NCBI GenBank assembly: GCA_964449585.1
Contig: CAYUZE010000001.1
Coordinates: 140,142-204,141 of the forward strand
Direction: 5' to 3'
DNA from: an uncultured Gammaproteobacteria bacterium
GTDB taxonomy: Bacteria; Patescibacteriota; Microgenomatia; UBA10105; UBA927
DNA: 64,000 bases
The translations under genes and the position numbers were made by a program. Under the pieces are notes generated by a model that was given only the letters and a program-made list of their open reading frames with translations, was not told the origin of the DNA and did no database searches. Numbering within the stretch: position 1 is the first letter of the stretch; every line of letters begins with the position of its first letter. Below are positions 58,117 through 64,000 of the stretch, piece by piece.

Positions 58117-58509
58117 ATGCAATCAATACGACATAAACATAATGCGGGTCAGGTGCTTATCGCGTTACTTTATATCATGGTGATCGGCATTCTCGTGACC
58201 ACCGCGGCGGTCTATGCGGTGATAGGAAACACGCAGGCAACAACGGCGTTTGAAGCAGGCACTCTTGCGCTCAGTGCCGCGGAAAGCGGAGCGGAGAACG
58301 GGTTGCTGCGACTCGTTCGCAATCCCTCGTATACGGGAGAAACGTTGGTGATGAGCGCAAATCAATCAGCGGTGGTAACGGTAACCAATGCCTCCGGCAT
58401 ACTTTTACTGTCACAGGGAACATACGGCGGCACAATCAAGCAGATTGAGGTTCGTCTGCATTATAATGGAGGAGAGTTAGTCGTTGATTCATGGAAAGAA
58501 CTTCCTTAA
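58117..58509 (+). CDS. Minor pilin (PilX/GspK-like)
   Basis: AG|QVLIA (no Glu5), A..AAESG.E. Confidence 0.8.
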   Translation: MQSIRHKHNAGQVLIALLYIMVIGILVTTAAVYAVIGNTQATTAFEAGTLALSAAESGAENGLLRLVRNPSYTGETLVMSANQSAVVTVTNASGILLLSQGTYGGTIKQIEVRLHYNGGELVVDSWKELP

Positions 58510-58516
58510 TACCGCT

Positions 58517-59179
58517 ATGACTGCAGTCGCATTATTACGGCCAAATTCACTTTATGTCTATTACACGGATAAATCCTCTCCCGTCGGCGGAGAGTTTCCC
58601 AAAACCGCCGTTGCGGATATGGAAGTGGTGAGTGAAGAGGCACTAAGTGCCACGATATCGAAACTTATTCCGTATACCGGCACCGCCGGAATCTCGACCA
58701 TTCTCGTCGTAAGCGATGATTTGTGTTTCATAAAACCGCTTATTGATGGCGAAAAGGTTGATAGTGAAAGTTCGCTGATCGGGGAGGTTCCTTTTTCGCA
58801 GGTGGCTACCGCAAAGATGACCGCGCACAATCAGCAGTACATTATTGCGACAAATCAGGATCTCTACGAATCTGTCGGCCGGTCACTTCACGCACAACGC
58901 CATGAAGTGAATCTGGTGGTGGCATGGCCATGTCTTGTAGAACACGGGTTAACGCACGGAGAAATTGAAGCGGCCACCATAAAACGCATTTTTGACAACA
59001 TCACCCTGCTTCGTGATTGTCGGTTTCCGCTTACCGCCGAACCGAAGCAGGAAATTTCTCCGGGACTTGCTCCGCAAAAAAGCGGAAAAAAGAAAATTCC
59101 GTTAGGCTGGATACTATTTGGTGCCGTTTCGCTTCTTTATGCGTTTGCCATGTATTGGTTTTTCATCCGCACGGCATAA
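58517..59179 (+). CDS. Pilus-locus protein with C-terminal TM helix (possibly divergent PilM/GspL-like)
   Basis: Position in the locus and a C-terminal hydrophobic helix; family assignment is weak. Confidence 0.5.
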   Translation: MTAVALLRPNSLYVYYTDKSSPVGGEFPKTAVADMEVVSEEALSATISKLIPYTGTAGISTILVVSDDLCFIKPLIDGEKVDSESSLIGEVPFSQVATAKMTAHNQQYIIATNQDLYESVGRSLHAQRHEVNLVVAWPCLVEHGLTHGEIEAATIKRIFDNITLLRDCRFPLTAEPKQEISPGLAPQKSGKKKIPLGWILFGAVSLLYAFAMYWFFIRTA

Positions 59180-59190
59180 CCCCTACGTTC

Positions 59191-59220
59191 TTGACAACAA
59201 AGGAATTCTTCCCCTATGCT
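59191..59220 (+). promoter_or_regulatory. Sigma70 promoter of the major pilin
   Basis: TTGACA-18 nt-TATGCT. Confidence 0.55.
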
Positions 59221-59261
59221 GATTCTAAGGGTATTTTATGTCCTTGGGAGGGGACCTGCCT

Positions 59262-59729
59262 ATGAAAAAATATATTAAGGGCTTTACGCTCATCGAGTTA
59301 TTGGTAGTTATCGGTATTTTGGCGATATTATTGGCGATTACGCTTATTGCTATTAATCCCGCACGGCAATTCGGACAGGCGAATAATACAAAACGACGCA
59401 GTGATGTGTTGCAGGTGTTAAATGCCATTCATCAATATGTGGCGGAAAATCAGGGGCAACTTCCCGCTGAAGTAAGCGGTTTGACCGCAGGAACGGCAAC
59501 GCTCTTTAATTCCACAAACTTTCCGAATCTTTGTGGACAGCTCGTCACAAATTATTTGCCGGCATTACCGACGGATCCGTCGCTTAATACCGCAAACATT
59601 ACCGACTGTACCGCTAACGCGGGTGCATGGGGTAATACGGGGTACGAAATATCCCGTGATGCACAGAATCGCATAACCGTGAGTGCGCCGACAACGGACA
59701 ATGCGGCGATTATCACCGTTACTCGCTAA
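59262..59729 (+). CDS. pilA: Probable major type IV pilin
   Basis: KG|FTLIELLVVIGILAIL, INP..Q, Y...LP.DP and a Cys pair; has its own promoter and terminator. Confidence 0.85.
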   Translation: MKKYIKGFTLIELLVVIGILAILLAITLIAINPARQFGQANNTKRRSDVLQVLNAIHQYVAENQGQLPAEVSGLTAGTATLFNSTNFPNLCGQLVTNYLPALPTDPSLNTANITDCTANAGAWGNTGYEISRDAQNRITVSAPTTDNAAIITVTR

Positions 59730-59745
59730 GAAACGGGTATATACC

Positions 59746-59774
59746 AAAAATCCCCCGCTTCTCGGGGGATTTTT
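59746..59774. terminator. Bidirectional intrinsic terminator between pilA and typA
   Basis: AAAAATCCCCCG-CTTCT-CGGGGGATTTTT. Confidence 0.85.
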
Positions 59775-59833
59775 GTATGGAAAATAAGTACGGAATGAAG
59801 CAGGAACGATATAAGCAAGGGGACTATGCGATG

Positions 59834-61669
59834 TTAGATCGCAGAGGCACCGCGAGCCGCTCGTACACGGTTGACCTTCGAAAGATGTATTTTTCTCAGT
59901 CGCAGACTTAGCGGGGTGATTTCAAGAAGCTCATCATCCTCGATAAAATCAAGTGCCTGTTCAAGACTCATTTCGATCGGAGGATCTAGCTGAATGGCGA
60001 CATCGGCATTTGCCGAGTGAATATTCGTCAGTCGCTTTGATTTCGTGACATTCATATCGATATCTTCATTTCGGTTATTGATACCGATAATCATTCCTTC
60101 ATATACGGGAGTACCCGGCCCGATGAGCGCCTTTCCCCGTTCCTGGACGGTCGTTAACGCATACCCTGTGGATTTGCCGGTTTCAATAGAAATAAGCACG
60201 CCGTTTCGCGCCTTGGCTTTCTTGGGAGTCAACGGGAAGTAACCGATAATGCGAGTCGCGATAATGCCGCTCCCTCTGGTTTTCGTCATAATGTCGCCGC
60301 GGAAGCCCAATAAATTTCTGGTGGAAATTTTATATACCATTTTGGTGACTCCGCGTTCGTTCGTATGCGTGTCAAGAAGCTCACCGTGCCGTTTTCCCAT
60401 TTCCTCCGTAATGATTCCCACAAGCGAGGAATCAAGCTCGATCGTGAGTTCTTCATACGGTTCATGGATAACACCGTCAATTTCTTTGACGATAACTTCG
60501 GGTTTGCCGACCTGACACTCAAATCCCTCCCTGCGCATCGTTTCGAGAAGTACCGCGATATGCAGTTCTCCGCGACCGGAAACCAAAAATCCGTTTGACG
60601 TCGGACTCGGCTCGATTTTGAGTCCGATATTCGTCTGGATTTCTCTCGTCAGTCGATCGGCGAGCTGTGTGGGAGTTCCGAACTTTGATTCCTTTCCCGC
60701 AAACGGAGAGGTGTTGGGTCCGACGAGCACCTTGAGCGTCGGTTCTTCGATCTGAATCTTCGGGTACCCCGTGGGGTCGGCGGGACTTGCGAGCGTTTGT
60801 CCGATGGACATGGAGCTGTTGCCGGTGATGGCGATAATATCTCCTGTTTCTCCGATTGCCGCGGGTATTCGCTTCAGCCCTTCGCTGGTAAATACCTCTT
60901 CCACGCGAAATGTTCCCAGGGAGGTGTTTTCATCAAGGATGAGCAATTGATCACCCTTTTTTACCTGTCCTTGGCTCACCTTGCCGATGGCGAATTTTCC
61001 TTTGTGCGTATCAAAATCGAGCGTGGTGACCAGCATTTTAAACGGTTTTTCCGGATCTCCTTTGGGAGCGGGAATATACTTGGTGATCGCTTCAAAGAGG
61101 GGAATAAGATTTGCCGGTTCATCGGAGTTTTCCGGAAGGTGATCCCATACCTTTTCATTTCTTCCTATCGCGTACAGTACCGGAAAATTCAAATGTCCTT
61201 CGTGGTGGGCAAGGTGAAGGAAAAGCTCTTCTACCTCGTGTAACACTTCCGCGGGTCTCGCGTCTTTCCGATCGATTTTGTTAATCACGACAACAACGGT
61301 AAGATCATGCTCCAGCGCTTTTTGGAGTACAAAGTGCGTTTGGGGGAGCGGACCTTCGGCGGCATCAACAATGAGGAGCGCACCATCGGCCATATTGATA
61401 ACGCGTTCCACTTCACCGGAAAAGTCCGCATGTCCCGGCGTGTCGATAATGTTTATCTTGGTTGTCTTATAAAAAACGGAAGTGTTTTTGGCTAAAATGG
61501 TGATGCCTTTTTCCCGTTCGAGATCATTAGAGTCCAAAATGGTAGTTGCCGTCATTTCCGCCTGGTTTTCCCGGAACGTGTGGGTTTGTTTCAACATGCC
61601 GTCGACCAAGGTAGTCTTTCCGTGGTCCACGTGGGCGATAATAGCGATATTTCTGATATCTTTTTGCAT
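59834..61669 (-). CDS. typA: Translational GTPase TypA/BipA
   Basis: [43 protein letters not shown]. Confidence 0.97.
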   Translation of the reverse strand: MQKDIRNIAIIAHVDHGKTTLVDGMLKQTHTFRENQAEMTATTILDSNDLEREKGITILAKNTSVFYKTTKINIIDTPGHADFSGEVERVINMADGALLIVDAAEGPLPQTHFVLQKALEHDLTVVVVINKIDRKDARPAEVLHEVEELFLHLAHHEGHLNFPVLYAIGRNEKVWDHLPENSDEPANLIPLFEAITKYIPAPKGDPEKPFKMLVTTLDFDTHKGKFAIGKVSQGQVKKGDQLLILDENTSLGTFRVEEVFTSEGLKRIPAAIGETGDIIAITGNSSMSIGQTLASPADPTGYPKIQIEEPTLKVLVGPNTSPFAGKESKFGTPTQLADRLTREIQTNIGLKIEPSPTSNGFLVSGRGELHIAVLLETMRREGFECQVGKPEVIVKEIDGVIHEPYEELTIELDSSLVGIITEEMGKRHGELLDTHTNERGVTKMVYKISTRNLLGFRGDIMTKTRGSGIIATRIIGYFPLTPKKAKARNGVLISIETGKSTGYALTTVQERGKALIGPGTPVYEGMIIGINNRNEDIDMNVTKSKRLTNIHSANADVAIQLDPPIEMSLEQALDFIEDDELLEITPLSLRLRKIHLSKVNRVRAARGASAI

Positions 61670-61767
61670 AGACGAAGGTCGAAAACGGGGAGATAAGCAC
61701 GAGCGCACGAGGCATCTTCCTTACCCACAGCCATTGACGATATCCCGTAGTATATCAGTTTTTGTGG

Positions 61768-62598
61768 TTATTCCGCAACATCTGCTCTGCGCAAATTGCC
61801 ATTTTTTGCGAAAACATACCAGCTCATCAACGCCACATAGCCGGTATAGACGGCTATCTGAACGATATCCATCGTTTGGGTTATGCCGAATATCGCCTTG
61901 ATTAAATCACCCGCCAGCGTGGTTTTCGCAGGAATAAAAGCAAAGGTGATTCGCGCAAATTCCGGAAACACACCCGCCTCAGCAAACTCATGGATACCTC
62001 TTGCAAATAACCCGGCGGCAAACAGGATAAGGAGCATGCTGGTTGCCCGGAAGGCGAGGCGTACCGGAAGGCGGATGGCGGCGGTAAATAATCCCAGTGA
62101 GATGAGTAACCCGCCGACAAGACCGCCGGAAAAACCGATGAATATCGCGTTCGGATTTGAAGAGAAAAAGATGGTGGAGAGAAAGAGCACGATTTCAAAT
62201 CCCTCCCGGAACACCGCGGTAAATGCCAGCCAAAATATCCCTCGCTGCTCCTCTTTTTTCATCGTCTCAGTCATTTTTGCTAACAATTTCGTTTTATAGC
62301 CGGCGAAGAACCGGTGCAGAAAAAATACTGCCCAGGTGATGAAGATCGCGGAGAGTGCCATGAGTATTCCTTCGATAAACTCCTCGACTTTTCCCGAGTA
62401 TACTTCCTGTACTTTTATGCCGAACAGGCTCCCGGTTATCAGGAGCATCACGCTCACGATACTCGCTGCAATGGTTGCCTGCCATACGGTACGAATGCTC
62501 TTTGTTTGTCGAAGTTTTACCAATATGCCGAGCATGGTGGCTACGATCAGCGATGCTTCAATAACTTCGCGCAACGTGATGAGAAAAGCCGCTATCAT
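61768..62598 (-). CDS. FTR1/EfeU family iron permease
   Basis: Two RExxE motifs (LREVIEA, FREGFEI) and about 7 TM helices. Confidence 0.92.
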   Translation of the reverse strand: MIAAFLITLREVIEASLIVATMLGILVKLRQTKSIRTVWQATIAASIVSVMLLITGSLFGIKVQEVYSGKVEEFIEGILMALSAIFITWAVFFLHRFFAGYKTKLLAKMTETMKKEEQRGIFWLAFTAVFREGFEIVLFLSTIFFSSNPNAIFIGFSGGLVGGLLISLGLFTAAIRLPVRLAFRATSMLLILFAAGLFARGIHEFAEAGVFPEFARITFAFIPAKTTLAGDLIKAIFGITQTMDIVQIAVYTGYVALMSWYVFAKNGNLRRADVAE

Positions 62599-62620
62599 AG
62601 TCGTTCCCCCTTTTTTCCAC

Positions 62621-62731
62621 AAAAAAACGACCCCTTAAAAAAAGGTCGTCAAGAAATTAGTGACAAGGACGGGAGTGATCCTCGCTCTATACGCTCCCTT
62701 TAGAGAAAAAACCGTGTCATTATGTATTCTA
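62621..62731 (-). promoter_or_regulatory. Riboswitch/attenuator-like leader of the FTR1 gene
   Basis: TAGAAT -10 box, two hairpins with complementary loops, and an intrinsic terminator ending about 20 nt before the start codon. Confidence 0.65.
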
Positions 62732-62772
62732 CATTACCAATTTGTCTGTTACGACGCAAGAGGGATTATCGA

Positions 62773-63132
62773 TTACGCAACCAAAGCGATCGCCACCGTA
62801 CGAATGGTGACAAAAATAAGCGAGTCGGTTGCGGTATTTTTCAGACTATGTGCATGCCCAACCGGCACGGTAACGAAATCTCCTTTTTTTACGGCTTGCC
62901 ATTGATCACCCACCATCATTTCTCCCGTTCCCGATAAAAAGAAGTAGAATTCTTCACCGTCGGGGTGCGAGTGGATTTCAAGCTGCTTATTCGGTTCAAG
63001 CCACGCGTAATTCATTGTGGCGATATCACCCCGATGTTTCTCATCATTTGAAATCAGTCGTTTTCGATGGGTCGTATTGTTGTGAATGATTTCTTCGGGT
63101 ATATCCGAGAGGTTTTTGATGGGAAAGGACAT
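62773..63132 (-). CDS. Cupin domain protein
   Basis: HSHPDGEEFYFFLSG.G, GD.V.VP.G..H.L.N. Confidence 0.9.
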   Translation of the reverse strand: MSFPIKNLSDIPEEIIHNNTTHRKRLISNDEKHRGDIATMNYAWLEPNKQLEIHSHPDGEEFYFFLSGTGEMMVGDQWQAVKKGDFVTVPVGHAHSLKNTATDSLIFVTIRTVAIALVA

Positions 63133-63259
63133 AGTCGATATTGTAGCATAACGAGCGTGTCTCATCGATGTAGTGATGATTCGAAAAAAGGGATGGAAAA
63201 CGCTCGGCGTAAGGAATTGAAAACGCCATAGGAGAGCTTGAAATTCAAGCGTGCGGTTG

Positions 63260-63877
63260 CTAGAAGCCCAGTGGTTTGTTCACGAAAATGATACGGATGC
63301 TGCGTTTCAGCATTTGGTTTTCTCCCCGAAAGATCAATAGCTTATTGAGCTGAGAGGGAGCGCCGTAGGCTTTCATACTTCGCTTATTTTCCAACGGGAG
63401 AACATACTTTTCCAGTCGATCCATTGCGTCAGCGAGGGTGGGTACGATTTTATGTATCCCCACGACAAGGATGATGTTAGGGGAGGTAAATGCGAGGTGG
63501 GGGAGCTGACTGCCAGTATTCGACGCGATAAGGAGCTCTCCATTCTCGGTCACGGCGTGGGCGCTTCCCAAGTAAAAGTCCGCGGAAGTAGCTTCCCTTC
63601 GAAGTGCCGTTCGTTTTTCCTTATCATTTTCGCCGGTGATGAGCGCATGAAGATCACGCCAGCCGTGGTTGCCCGCCGCAAGATAAGAAAAATACCCGAT
63701 TTGTTCCAGGGTGGTTGAAGAACCGTTCATAACGGCTGCGCCCGGAGGGATGGTGTCTTTAATTATCGAAAGTGCGGCATTTTCATCATCGACTCGTTGT
63801 ACGATATAGCCTTTTTCCCGAAGCGAAGAAGCTGTTCGTTCTACCGTTTCATTTTGTGCAAGCTGTGAATGGTTCAT
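63260..63877 (-). CDS. LUD-domain (LutC/YkgG-like) protein
   Basis: G.S.TL..IG, S..AVTENG.L...S.TG, VVG..KIV; AAGGAGG SD. Confidence 0.88.
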   Translation of the reverse strand: MNHSQLAQNETVERTASSLREKGYIVQRVDDENAALSIIKDTIPPGAAVMNGSSTTLEQIGYFSYLAAGNHGWRDLHALITGENDKEKRTALRREATSADFYLGSAHAVTENGELLIASNTGSQLPHLAFTSPNIILVVGIHKIVPTLADAMDRLEKYVLPLENKRSMKAYGAPSQLNKLLIFRGENQMLKRSIRIIFVNKPLGF

Positions 63878-64000
63878 ATGCCTCCTTACCTTTTGCAAAA
63901 ATTTACCTCATCCGCTATAATTACTATATATTATATAGTACTATAGATTTTATAGTATGTCAATGTCGCCCGACAGCAAAAATAAGTGCGCCGCCACCGA

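Overview
The window looks like chromosomal DNA from a Patescibacteria/CPR bacterium, probably Microgenomates-like. This is an inference from -10-only leaderless promoters, tRNA-Arg(GCG), a short RpoD and a CPR-type pilin cluster. It opens in the 3' part of tmRNA, followed by comF, a thiamine pyrophosphokinase with one in-frame stop, and a tRNA-Ser cluster that holds an HNH gene and an intact tRNA-Ser(ACT). Next is a ~21 kb integrated element: large serine recombinase, terminase large and small subunits and a ParB-methylase but no portal or capsid, plus defence cargo (type III R-M, a LexA-divergent operon with Cas2-like, DUF2188, Schlafen, PD-(D/E)XK and Shedu genes, an HNH and a 52-aa (K/R)PI-repeat peptide). 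A housekeeping stretch follows (4 more tRNAs, glycosyltransferases, orphan MTase, dnaG-rpoD). The type IV pilus locus has pilB split by a cargo-carrying IS1595 element (8-bp TSD) and embeds a PaaK-like ligase + Rv1355c-like ThiF + 7TM histidine kinase + receiver module. The window ends with typA, an FTR1 iron permease preceded by a riboswitch-like terminator/antiterminator leader, a cupin and a LUD protein. Best novelty candidates: the pilus-embedded signal-synthesis/sensor module, the FTR1 leader RNA, tRNA-Ser(ACT), the capsid-less terminase element and the KPI-repeat peptide. All family calls come from motif reading by eye; no database searches were run.
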